Part shown: in pieces, positions 17,006-30,254 of the stretch | How positions within the stretch are numbered: the first letter of the stretch is position 1 | Layout of the letters: every line of letters starts with the position of its first letter | Source: the human T2T-CHM13v2.0 reference genome, Homo sapiens | NCBI RefSeq assembly: GCF_009914755.1 | Contig: NC_060926.1 | Direction: 5' to 3' (one strand) | DNA: 64,000 nucleotides | Made by a program: the position numbers and the translations under genes | Notes under the pieces: generated by a model | Seen by the model: the letters and a program-made list of their open reading frames with translations, nothing else | What the model was told of the DNA's origin: nothing | Databases searched by the model: none

Positions 17006-17870
17006 AGATTATTTAATGTACGTTGATTATGTGTCTCATAAAATCAACCAAAACAGCTTAGAAAGAAAACTAAGGTTCAAAGTTCCTTTGCTTTGAGGGA
17101 TAATCCTTAATCTACTTTTAATGTTTTACGATGCTGGCTGGACTGATTCTCAATCTCCAATCACACAGGAAGGAATAAATCTCACGATGACAGGCTATAG
17201 GCAGTTTCTGGTGATCATAGGTTACTGCTTGTGTGCCCTTCCCCTCTTGCTAGAGAAGTAATTGCACAGAACGTCAAGACGGACTGCTTATATATGACAG
17301 CCAGTTAGTTATCCATGCTATTTTGAGAAAGTGTAAAATAGTTACGGTCTCTCGAGAAGTTTCTAATGTAGTGAAAAAAAAATCACTATAAATTTATAAT
17401 GGGTGTCTTTTAAAAGCCACAAATTAGCATTTTATTATAAATATGCAATCAATAAAAAGATGCAATACTCAGAGCCTAAGGACAGCTACTGAGAAGTATC
17501 TTTAGGCAAAAGAACTCACAGTGAAATAAGTACTCTTATCCTTTAGAATGTCAGTTCTACCTTGTAAACATTTATATGGTTCAACCTTGCTTACATAGGA
17601 TAACAAGATTTTAGAGCTGGAGGAAGCTAGAGATGAACTAAGGTCGGGGAGACTGTATATATTAAGTAATCTGCCCATTATCATGTGGGTAATGTAATTA
17701 TGAGCCAGTTAAGAAATTTTCTTTATTTTCTTAGGACCTGCTAGCTAGTGTGAGTTACACATAAAAAGCACAAGTATCTTTCAAACACTACAGGCTTAAC
17801 ATCACGGAAAAACTCACAACAATGTTCTTCCACTAGGTTTTTACACGGGTGAATTTTTCAAGTAACTTAC

Positions 17871-17978
17871 CTATACAGGCATTTCTAAGTTCTGGAGGAC
17901 TATAGGAATTAAGAAGAGTTAACAGTTTATGGGCAAATTCAATTCGCTCCTGCCACTGGATTAATGCTTGTTTCACAT
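17871..17978 (-). CDS. USP34: USP34 coding exon (108 nt)
   Basis: cag|(D)VKQALIQWQERIEFAHKLLTLLNSYSPPELRNACI|gtaagt. Confidence 0.96.
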
Positions 17979-18613
17979 CTGCAAATATAAAAGCACATAT
18001 AAATATGCCATCTGAGATCAAACTTCCTCACAAATGTTTTCTACTGTAAACTACAGAATGCTAATGCTAGAAATTCAGGTTAATTACAAAAACATCTTCA
18101 GTGAAAGCTAAGTCATTTTCATGAGATGATTACTACTAATGTTAAACCTGCTAGATTTCTTAAAGAACATATTTCATTGATAATATGTCCCACTTTCTAG
18201 GAATGTATATGAAGAAGTTCAGAGTTCACAGTATCTTATAGGGACATAAGACAGGTAGGTTTTATAGTCATCTCGCATGAAACTGCAAATGATCTAATCT
18301 AAGCCAAAGAAGTTTCCAGCTGGAGAATCTTTACAAAGTGCCCAGCTTGTTACTGTGTTTGGAAATGTTTTCCAATCTCTGAAATCTTGATACCTGCTTG
18401 CGTATTTTTCAGGCAGGTACAAAAACATAAAAGAGCCTTCCAGCTTTACATCAGGAGTTCATGACAAACATTTCCTGATGGTTAGCTAGCTTCAGCCTCA
18501 TCTTCTGTGCATAAACTAGGATAAAAACAATTTCTCTGGGGCACATGATTTTAAAACCTTCTCTCTCTTTACTAGTAGCACGAACAAAACATAAGAAGTA
18601 GGAATGAGCAAAC

Positions 18614-18740
18614 CTTTTCTCTGAAGATAAGGGCGTGTAGACTTCAAAACCGAAAGAAATATTGACAGAAGTTCTACTAAATCTCCAGTCACATGGCAAG
18701 CTGTAGCTTCGTGATACATCATGTGCAAAGTGTTGAAAGA
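18614..18740 (-). CDS. USP34: USP34 coding exon (127 nt)
   Basis: tag|SFNTLHMMYHEATACHVTGDLVELLSIFLSVLKSTRPYLQRK|gtttgc. Confidence 0.95.
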
Positions 18741-19953
18741 CTACAAATGATTTGAAAAAATTGAAAACTTAATTTCATTTTTGCTTACTGAGCCACAAAA
18801 TGGTAGTACTCGTCCTCTACGATAGATGTTTTCAGACTCAGACTGTGTGTGCACATGTGTGCAAAGCAAACGTATTTGCTTTCTATCCTGAAGTTAAACT
18901 CTCATTAAGCTCTTTTAAACATTCCTCACCTTCAGAGCTCTGCTATTTTGTGTGTATATTCTAGTCTGAAGAAATAGTTTAATCACATTTTTTTAAAAAA
19001 GTACTTGCTCTAAGATTGTTAAGTCTTCAAAATTACAAAGCAGTAGGTCACAAAAGATTAGGGAGAATAGGCAACTGCTTTAACCAACTTTCCAGGGTCT
19101 CTGTCCAAAGACAATGGTAAAGTGACTGTCAGCCATACTCAAAAGAGTAGGCCTGAAAGAGGTAAAAAGAGCTGCAAAAGGTAGGAATTCATTTCCTTTA
19201 TATTGGCTTGTTAAATCTTTTAATTCCTTTAACTGTATTAGCTTAATTAAGCCCTTAGTTTTTTTCCTATTTTACTATACAGCACCCTTCTTTGAATCCT
19301 CTTCCACCAGTTCACTACAGCTTACACACTGTAATACCCACAGTTCAAATGTTAAAATTCTTAGCCCAGAACCTGCAGCAGTACCTAATATGAACAATGT
19401 ACTTGTACAGTATGTAACTTGTAAGCTGTGGGGACAGAAACCAGTATGTCTTGTTCACTGCTGTGTCCCTAGTACCTACCACAGTGCTTGGCACAGAGGT
19501 AGACATTTAAACATCTGTTGCATTAAAAAAAAATTTTTTTTTTCTAAAAATACAACCAAAGCAGCATAAACATCTGTTGCATTTTAAAGAATGAAATTCT
19601 TACTACTCCTCTTCACCTACCTTTTTTTTAATACTTAGCCTTCCTCAAACATAACCAATATTTCTTTGCCTCAGTGCTTATTGTCATTTATCTAAATGTT
19701 TTCCCCCTTACCTTTGCAAATCCACATTCTTCAAAGTGCAAACCTGTTCTCTTATTTTTTATTATCATTAACTGAAAAAACATCCTACCTGTGAATTCTT
19801 ATGGTACTCTTGGCATGTTTATCAGACTAAAGGGCTCACGTACCTCTGGTGACTCTGCAGCCATCTCATACTTGTGGATGTTCAAGAATTATAGGAAGCA
19901 TAAACAGCTGATTTTAACCCTGTAATAGTCCTTCTGGTTTCCTCTGAGGATGG

Positions 19954-20388
19954 TGTGAAAGGAAAATATCTTGGGCCCCTTCAAGCTGGGAACCGCTCAG
20001 GGCAAATCGGCCTCTCATACTATTCAAAGTCATCCCTCTGCTCACCCAGATAGATGCATATTCTGATTGCCTCCTTTGGAAAGACTTATCAGAAACTCAA
20101 AAGAACGCAACCATCTGTCTCTCACATACCTGTGACCAGGAAGGCCCCAGAGGAAGGAGAGGCCTTGCTTTGGGTTGTCTCTGCCTTTCTGGACAGAGCT
20201 AATGTACTTCCTACATACAGATTGATGTCTCATGTCTCCCTAAAATGTATAAAATCAAGCTGTGTCCCAACCACCTTGGGCACGTGCCATCAGGACTTCC
20301 TGAGGCTGTGTCACGGGCGCGTCCTCAACCTTGGCAAAATAAACTTTCTAAATTAACTGAGACCTGTCTCAGATTTTCCGGGTTCACA
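19954..20388 (+). mobile_element. ERV1-class solo LTR, MER4A-like
   Basis: TGTGAA...TTCACA termini, 4-bp target duplication ATGG on both sides, internal AATAAA at 20338, MER4-like motifs (recalled consensus). Confidence 0.88.
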
Positions 20389-20752
20389 ATGGTAACCTCA
20401 GTTTCTATACTGTCAAATAAGTAGGCTTTTGGGAAATTATGTGTGCCCTTAATGAAATCACATGTATTTCATTTTTGTCCCTACAAATGAATAAAACTAG
20501 TCTATTTCAAATGGCTGTTCTAAATACAAAATAATGGGAAAAGTATGGAATTACTATGGAAAAAGGAACAGCACCCTAAAAATTATGACCTAATTATTCT
20601 TGGGATATAAATTCAGGTTTACTGATCTATATAATTAAAACCTTGCCACCTGTAAAACAGTTTACCATAAACTCTAAATGTCTATAAAGTAAGTCTTGGT
20701 GAGAACATTAAAATGAGATAATATCCACAGTAAAATGCAATAGAATATTTAC

Positions 20753-20831
20753 CTCTGTCATTAGAATCAATCCTCGATTAAATACAACAAGAAGTCTGTC
20801 TTCATCAGATTCTAATAGTATTCTGAAGGCA
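20753..20831 (-). CDS. USP34: USP34 coding exon (79 nt)
   Basis: tag|(S)AFRILLESDEDRLLVVFNRGLILMTE|gtaaat. Confidence 0.95.
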
Positions 20832-21266
20832 CTAGAAGAAAACATAAAGTTCAGTTTGAGAAGTCTGAATAAGAACACAACACTTAGGTGATGAAAAAAT
20901 AAAAAGAAATAAAATCATCATTTAAGCTCTCTGCTTTCCTACCTACAGAAAAGAGACTGCTTCATCTGTTTCCTGGAAATGCAGCATAAGGAAATAATAT
21001 TAAATAAACTCTAACTAAAAAAAAGTCTATTAATATCTAATCAACTGCTAATTATCTACAATGGCAGAAGATATGGGAATATTTTTAAAGTTTCCACATA
21101 AACAATGTTGATTTTTATAATAGGCTCATCTTCTGATTGTTAAATTCTGGATAATCATAAAATTCACCATATTATCTAAACACTCATCAGCTGGTAATTA
21201 AAAAAGAGTAACATGAAGGAAAAAAATACTAAAAACGTGTCAGCCTTGAAAATAGTTTATAAAATA

Positions 21267-22434
21267 CAGTCATGTGCCACAAAATGAAATTGTGGTAAAT
21301 GATGGATCACAAACACAATGGTGGTCCCATAAGATTATAATGGAGCTGATAAATTCCTATTAGCCTAGTGACTTCATAGCCATGGTAACATTCACAATGC
21401 ATTACCCACATGTCTCTGATGACGCTGGTATAAACAAACTTGTTGTACTGCCAGTCTTGTAAGTATACCACAATTATGTACAGTACCTAATACTTGATAA
21501 TGTTAATAAATGACTATGTTACTGGTTTATGTATTTACTATATTATCATTATTTTACTACTTATTTCAAAAAAAGTTAAATGTAAAACAGCCTTAGACAG
21601 GCCCTACAGGAGGGATTCCAGAAGAAGGCATCATTGTCAGAGGAGATGACAGCTCTAAGCTAGTTACTGCCTCTGAAGACCTCCCAAGTGGGACAAGATG
21701 TGGAGGTGGGAGACAGAGATACTGATGATCCCAACCCTGCTAGGCCTAGCCTAATTGTGTGTGTTTATGTCTTAGTTTTTAACGAAAACATTTAAAAAGA
21801 AAAAAAATTTAAATATGAAAAGCTTATAAAGATATAAATACTTTTGTTCAGCTATAAAATGTGTGTTTTAAGTGTTATGATAGTGTGTTTTAAGTGCTAC
21901 GATAGAAGAATCAAGAAGTTAAAAAAACTTATAAAGTAAAAAAAGTTCAGTACATTAATAATGAAGAAAAAGTATTTTAAAATAAATTTAGTGTAGCTTA
22001 AGTGTACAGTGTTTATAAAGTCTATAGTAGGGTACAATAATGTCCCAGGCCTTCACATTCCCTCACCACTCATTCACTGGCTTACCTAGGGCAATTTCCA
22101 GTCTTGCAAGCACCATTCATGGTAAGTGCCCTACACAAGTGTACCATTTTCTGTCTTTTATTCCATATTTTTACTGTACCTTTTCTATGTTTAAATACGT
22201 TTAGATACACAAATACTTACCTTTCTGTTATAATTGCCTACAGTATTCAGTGTAGTAACATGCTATACAGATTTAGAGCCTAGGAACAGTTGGCTATACC
22301 ATATATCCTAGGGGTGTAGCAGGCGCTACTATCTAGTTGTGTGTGAGTAGTCACTCTGATGTTTGCACAATGATGAAATAGGCTAAAAATTTATTTCTCA
22401 GAATGTAACCCTGTTGTTATGCAACACATGACTA
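21267..22434 (+). mobile_element. Tigger3 (Golem)-family DNA transposon, Tigger3b-like
   Basis: TA|CAGTCATGTG...CACATGACTA|TA termini; GGTGGTCCCATAAGATTATAATGGAGCTG motif. Confidence 0.85.
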
Positions 22435-23625
22435 TAATTACTCACACAGCTATATTACTGTTAACAGGTCTTCTTTCATTAGATACCAGAAAAATGTTGT
22501 TATAGACTACAACTGGAAATCCTTCTACTTTATTCCTTTCCTTTTTCAAGAAGAGTTAAGAAAGCTCCAAATCTTTTTTTTCTTTTTTTGAGACTCGCTC
22601 TGTCACCCAGGCTGGAGTACAATGGCACAATCATGGCTCACTGCAGCTTCCACCTTTTGGGCTCAAGGATCTTCCCACCTCAGCCCCCCGAGGAGCTGGG
22701 ACTACAGGTGCATGCCGTCACACCCTAATTTATTTGCTAACTTATTTATTTATATAGAGATGGGGTTTTACTATGTTGCCCAGGCTGCTCTAAATCTTTT
22801 TTGAAATAAAGCTTTAAGTAGTAAACTTTGGGAAAACAATTGTATTCAAAATTAATCCAAAATTTAAAAACAATCCCTTTAAGAAATCCGGCAAAGGCGT
22901 AGTTAATTTCCCTGTTTACTAATGAAGACTCACATTTGAAAGCTTTCCAAAGAAGACAATCTGAAATAACCTCATCTTAGATTGAGTAGCTTAAGATATT
23001 ACAGTGAAGTCTTCAGTAAAGTACCATTAAAAAAAATGTGCCTAATAAAAAACAACACTTCCAAGTCTTAGATGTAATACATAGAAGAATTTAAGAAATT
23101 AGCCTGAACTTTATTTCTCTAGGTTAAGGGGAATTAAGGGTAATTTGTAGTAGTTCCTGTAACCATTCAATAACTTCTGTAGCTCTGAAAATTAATTATA
23201 AAGACTATGTTTTATAATTTTGGCCAAGTCATATAGATCAGAAAGCCAGATAGATATATTTGGGCTAAACAGAATGCAAAATATTAACAGACTCATCCAA
23301 AGGTGCAGAAAACTTCCTGGAGGCCTCTAGAACTGAACTATCAAGCCTGAGTTAGGATAAATTGCCATAAACAAGACTATTCAAGCTTTGGGTAGAAGGC
23401 TATACATAAAGGTTCCCTTCAACCCTAAAATGATAAAACATACACAAATACAAACCAAAGCCAGACCAAAAACTGTTTAAAAGTAGTTCATGAACCTTCA
23501 AAATGTTCCAAAGTGGCTACATGCACAAATGCTTCCCCAATGTAAATGATTTATCTTTAAACATCAAAAGGATGGTCCTCATCTCACTGGAAATAAACAA
23601 GACAAAACTAAAAACATCTTTTTAC

Positions 23626-23783
23626 CTTATTAAAGTAGTCCAGCAGGAGCGGCCATCTAAGCAACGTAAGTAACAACTTATGGTTGTTTTCTTGAACTGT
23701 TTAATATCTTCTAATTCTTCTTCTCTCATATCTGGCCTCTGAGCTATAAACAGCTGCATCAGGTTAAACAGTTCTTCTACTGC
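23626..23783 (-). CDS. USP34: USP34 coding exon (158 nt)
   Basis: tag|AVEELFNLMQLFIAQRPDMREEELEDIKQFKKTTISCYLRCLDGRSCWTTLI|gtaaaa. Confidence 0.96.
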
Positions 23784-24888
23784 CTAAAAAAGCCAAATAA
23801 GCCATATGATCTTTTAACCCTATAGCATTTTAGAAGGTCAGTTTCTCATTTCTACGTTCATTAATCAACTCTTAAAATTATACAAATAAGCTAGATTATA
23901 CTTCCATTCAGAAAGTTATAAAATCAGTAACAAATTCTATTTAAAAAATTTTGGCTGGGCGCAGTGGCTGATGCCTAGCACTTTGGGAGGCAGAGGCGGG
24001 CAGATTGCCTGAACTCAGGAGTTCGAGACCAGCCAGGGCAACATGATGAAACTCTGTCTCTACTAAAATACAAATAATAACAATAATAATAAACACTAAA
24101 AGAACTCAACAAATCTTAAAATACAAGTTTAGAAAGAGTAAAAACTGTAAGTGAATACAATTCATTTTTAGTCTTATTACTGCTTAAAGCACTACTTTTG
24201 TAACTTCAAATGTAAACCCAGAGGCATGCCACACCATCTCCTATCCACTTTTTCTTTAATTAATGAGAAATCATTACTTTGTCACAAAGATTTTAAATGC
24301 CTAAATAACCCTTAAATTAATAGTGTATATGAGGTAAACCTTTGTTCCAACATTTAAAATGCTTTTCTAGAATGATGCTCAGTTCAATTTCCTGATGAAT
24401 AAAAAGTAAAAACAAATATTTTAGTAAAATCACTAGCTGTGATTTTATAGACTCATATGCACATGTCAGGAGAGGACTGCTCTTCTAACACATACTTGTC
24501 AATGAACTGAAACCCCCAGCTTCTTATTTTTCAAAGCAAAAAACTGACTTAAGTACCATTTTCATGAAAATTTCTAATAGATAAGGACATTCTACAATAA
24601 AAGACATTACATTTCACTGATGTCAAGGGCAATAAATAACATGGAGGGATAAATTCTAACTCATCTAGTACTTGTCAAAGTATATTTAATTCTGGACATC
24701 ACATCTAGTAACTAGATCAAATATTATTTATGTGAATATGATAGAGACAAATTTACTGAAACTTAATAAATCCTATCCCGACCCCTTTGAAGTCAGAAAG
24801 ATTGATATTTTGTATTCTTATGGCATTGGTTTTCAATTTCTTGGTACTTGTACACTCACTCTCTTTCCTGCATTGTAGGGATTCTGAT

Positions 24889-25162
24889 TTTTTCTTTTGA
24901 GACAGAGTCTTGCTTTGTTGCCCAGGGTGCAGTACAATGTCTCAATGCAGCCTCAACCTCCTGGGCTCAAGCGATCCTCCCACCTCAGCCTCCCAAGCAG
25001 CTGCGACTATAGGTGCACACCACTACTCCCAGCTAATTTTGTATTTTTTGTAGAGATGGAGTTTTGCCATGTTGCCCAGGCTGGTCTTGAACTGCTGGGC
25101 TCGAGTGATCCGCCTCTGCCTCCAAAGTGCTGAAATTACAGGTGTGAGCCACTATGCCGGCC
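24889..25162 (-). mobile_element. Alu (J-type)
   Basis: Reverse Alu; TSD GGGATTCTGATTTT/GGGATTCTAATTTT. Confidence 0.88.
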
Positions 25163-25913
25163 TGGGATTCTAATTTTCTCTGACTAGAAATTAGGTTATT
25201 CTTCCCAGGTGTGAGATTCTATACAACTCATTACACCATCTAGAAAAAAAAAGACCGTCTATAAAGGACGGTCTGTCTTTAAAGTACAGTTTACAACAGA
25301 GAATAAGAGGCAACAGTGAAAAGTTATTAACCAGGTTTGACAGCTTTACATCGAGGGGAGGAAACTTAATATAAAACCTACAAGTAAGTGTGCAGAGTAA
25401 AAGGGACCCAATTTAGACTGCATATATATGTATCTCGATTGATCTCTTAAGCATTTCATTTGTTTGGATGCAGCTTGAGAAAAAATACTGCGGAATACTA
25501 CTAGTTTTAGATATAAAATTGTCTAGCTCACAGTTTACCACAGCATGTAGATTTTGCTAAGTATCTGATTTTTAAATAGCAAAGTACTCAATTCCTTAAA
25601 ACTGTACCATGAAGCTGGCTTTTTTCATTAGGCACACATGAAGAATACATTTACAAAACCACAAATTAAAAAACAGGTAAGTTTTACTGGATATGCAACT
25701 TTAACTTCACCCTAAGAAAAGTTATCTACACAGTTATCAATTTTATAACAACACAGCATTTTATATATGTATTTAAGAAAACAAATACACATTAAGTTCT
25801 TAAGAAAGAATGGTGAGACTATTCTATATTCTGCCACCACTTCCCACCAGGGGAAAAACAGGTATTTCCAATCTATTTGAGGATACAGATAAAAGAGTAT
25901 CAATTTTACTCAC

Positions 25914-26548
25914 TCCAGGGTATTGGCTGGCATGTGGTGTAAGATTCTTAAAGGCCCACTGGATGTTCTGGTGAGAAGCCAGTTGTCGTGTGAATGCAGG
26001 AGACTGCTCACAGCAGAGCCTCAGAATGCCATAGTACGCTGGCAGCATCCCACGGTTAAAAAGCACCACATCCTGATCATCATGGTCAGCAAGGATGTAA
26101 TTGAAGGCAATGTTCTTGGTTACCACTGGGTTCTGAACAATAAGGCGGATATTCTCTGGACAGTCAGCACAGACATTGTACCAAAATGAAAGCAAAGCCT
26201 GTTTATTGTGATTTGTAGCTATTGCTGGCTCAGAAAGTTTAGGCTGGAAAAGGTTCCACAAATCCATGAAATATGTGGAAAACATCAGCTTCTCAGTTTT
26301 GGAAATTAAACAGTAAGTCATAAAGCTAAAATAGGGCACTAGCTTTGTAGTGCCATGAACAGCAGCATCAACATAAAGTTTGGCTCTTGAGAGCAAACCA
26401 AGGAGCACGTTGTAGACCTGATGTAGGACTACTGTTGTGTCTGGACTGAGTGGAAGGTCACGGGTTGGGATGTGCAAAGACCTTGTTGACCGGAACATCT
26501 GACGGAATGAATTGCTTGGTATAAGGGACACCAGAAGATAAGCTGCAG
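25914..26548 (-). CDS. USP34: USP34 large coding exon (635 nt)
   Basis: tag|(S)AAYLLVSLIPSNSFRQMFRS...WAFKNLTPHASQYPG|gtgagt; overlaps the 235-aa ORF 25824..26531. Confidence 0.97.
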
Positions 26549-27021
26549 CTATAAAATGTAAAACAAAACTGTCAGATCCTTGTAAGATATAAAATAGACT
26601 GAACAGCAGTCATTAATCACAAAGCCACTGTTCCCTTTAATAATTAAAATGAATAAAAAGGGACATGAACATCTCTTTTAGTATCTTTCTGCTTTCCCCT
26701 TGGCCCCACAAAAAGATCCCAAGAGGTGATAAAAATAGATACCTTCTATTCTGCCATTGTTATTTTTGAAGTGGCAATAATTTTTAAACCACTTTTCTTT
26801 AGCTTGCCTAAGATGCAGAATTTTCCCACTTTATCTTTTATTTCTTCTCAGGAAGTAGTATGATTTAACAGAGGGAACCCAGCATTTGCAGTCAGAAGAC
26901 CTACCAAAAGGTACCTGAGGAGGTCAAATCATTCAATGTTCTACAGTCTTAGTTTTCTTCTTAATTGAAAAATAATGATAATTTACTTTGTAATAACATA
27001 CAGATATGGTAAAATATACTT

Positions 27022-27324
27022 GTTATAAAGAAAGAAATAGATATACATAAAAGTTCAATATATAAGATTACATATATGCTAATTATAGAACATTAACTTT
27101 GGAAAATCTTTAAAAGTCTTCTAAGGCTAACCTTACACCAAAGGAAAGAACTGGGTGTTAAATTGTAACCAGATAATATATATTTAAGTTATAAAGAAAG
27201 AATGAGATATACATAAAAGTCCTATTTGATTACATATATGCTAATTACAGAACATTAACTTTGGAAAATCTTTAGAAGTCTTTTAAGGCTAAACTTACAC
27301 CCAAGGAAAGAACTTGGTGTTAAA
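27022..27324. repeat. ~166-bp tandem duplication (2 copies)
   Basis: 27022-27162 and 27188-27324 align nearly end to end. Confidence 0.9.
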
Positions 27325-28172
27325 CTTATTAAGCCTATGTTATAATGCTGAGGAGTTAGTGACTTATTAGTTGCGCTAACCTGTAAAAGCAGTTACTATC
27401 AACAAAGCATTGACCTAGGTGCTGTATAAACTTCTCATTTAATCCTCACAATGACCCTGGATGGAGGTAACAGTGCTCTGGAAAATCTGAATCTTGGAGA
27501 AGCAAAGACCAAGGTCACACAGATAAAGAGGTGGAGGCTAGATTTTGCCTTGAGAAACAATGATGATGATAATGATAATGGTAAAACAATAATAGTAATA
27601 ACTATAATAAGAATTGTGAGCCTTTACCGAATGTATACTATTTGACGTCATAACTTTATGTGGCAGGCATTGCATTTATTATCCCCACTTTCACTCAGGC
27701 TTACAACAATGGGACTATCTCAGCTTACACAGCTAGTGGCCAGAGCTGGGATTCAAATCCAGCCAATCAGATTCACAGGCTAATAATGCTCCTAACATTC
27801 ACTATGGAACCTCCTCAAGACTCTCTAATGTCTGAGTTTGGGTTCTTTTCAGGACAACCATTATTTGTCTCCCCCTATTCTAACTATAACTTGATAATTT
27901 CCATTGTATTGTCAAAGCAAACAAAGTTAGGGTTTCTAAAATTAATTTTAGTTTATTTTACAAATTTATTTCCAAATTAAACTTTGTGCACAATACTCCA
28001 TTTTCTAGATATTTCTTTACCTATATACTAGTCTGCTTAGTCAGAATTTTTAAGGCTCAGTTTGTTATGTGTTTCAAATATAAAAACCTGGCATGTAGGT
28101 ATCATCCTGATCAATTTTTGCATAAAACTTCAATCAAGAAAAGTAATTTACGATTTAAAAAAGCCATTTGGC

Positions 28173-28792
<620 letters not shown>

Positions 28793-29526
28793 GTCATTTG
28801 GTGTGAGTTATATACTTTCACCTCAACATTTCTTTGAGTTATTTTTTTGGACACATAAGGTTGGAAAAGCTCTACTAAGACCACAGACCTACCACCGAGA
28901 TTCTACAATTAACATTTCACTTTGCTTTATCACATACCTAACCACCTCTTCTTTTCCTATAAAAGCTACTTGCTTTTAAATAAAAAGGAAGTTCTGCTTC
29001 AGAAAAAAACACGACTTTTAAATTATGTTTTTCTTTAAGAACAGACAGGAAGGTTAATTTGGAAGAACAGGCCATCTTGCCATTTGGTTAACTGCCTTCC
29101 TATAACTTAAGAGTCCTGGATCTAGTTGTATGCTACAAAAAACATTAAGTCTACTTCCATGTCTATATGGCAACTCTAAGACACTAATGTCTCAATTTTT
29201 CTTTTCTCTATATTAAAAGTTCTCATTTATTTTGTTGTATTTAGGAGTATTCCTATGAAGCTTTTCTTTTATACATGTTATTTTAATTCTTATTCTAAGT
29301 TATACTAATTCTATTCAAATATTTGGACTCTTATCAAGTTACAGCAAAAGCACTTTTTCATATTACTACATAGTCTTCACTACTGTAATTTTAACATGAT
29401 GCATTATAACAATGTTTCCCAACTGAAGAGTTTAAAATTTTTCACTACTAAAAATCATGCTGTTGGGCATCCATATACTTACACTAGAATCGCTAAAACA
29501 GTATTACTGACATTAAAAGGGCAAAC

Positions 29527-29888
<362 letters not shown>

Positions 29889-30044
29889 TTAAACTGCCTT
29901 TCATAAGAATAATATTAAACAATGCCACTGCAATGTACAAGAATGCCATTTCCTCAGCACTGTCATCAGTATTAGGCATAATAGCTGGCTGAAAAACCTT
30001 TTTGGGGGTTCAGCATAGTTTTTTTTTTTTGTTGGTTTTACGGT

Positions 30045-30235
30045 CAGGGGTCAAGACATGAATGCCAACTGGCACACATCTCTTTGTTAAGAGCGCACAG
30101 CTCTCACATAGCTCTTGGCTGTGTGCTCTTACAAAGATCCTATTATGGTGGGGTTAACTAAACTTCCAGGAAAAAAAAAAAAAAAAAAGGCCCATGGGCA
30201 GAGTGCCCATGCCAATCCATGTGTTCACGCCACTG
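30045..30235. mobile_element. Small MITE-like non-autonomous DNA element (possibly MER107-like) with internal hairpin
   Basis: Imperfect TIRs CAGGGGTCAAGACATG / CATGTGTTCACGCCACTG, 191 bp; no clean TSD seen; family name uncertain. Confidence 0.55.
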
Positions 30236-30254
30236 AAAGGTGCTTCTCACAAAT

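Noticed and set aside
20054-20356. 100-aa ORF
   Set aside because: Lies wholly inside the solo LTR; no retroviral protein motifs.
25252-25274. 8-bp hairpin AGACCGTC-tataaag-GACGGTCT
   Set aside because: Short enough to be expected by chance in 64 kb.
25923-26189. 88-aa + strand ORF
   Set aside because: Antisense to the large USP34 exon; no support.
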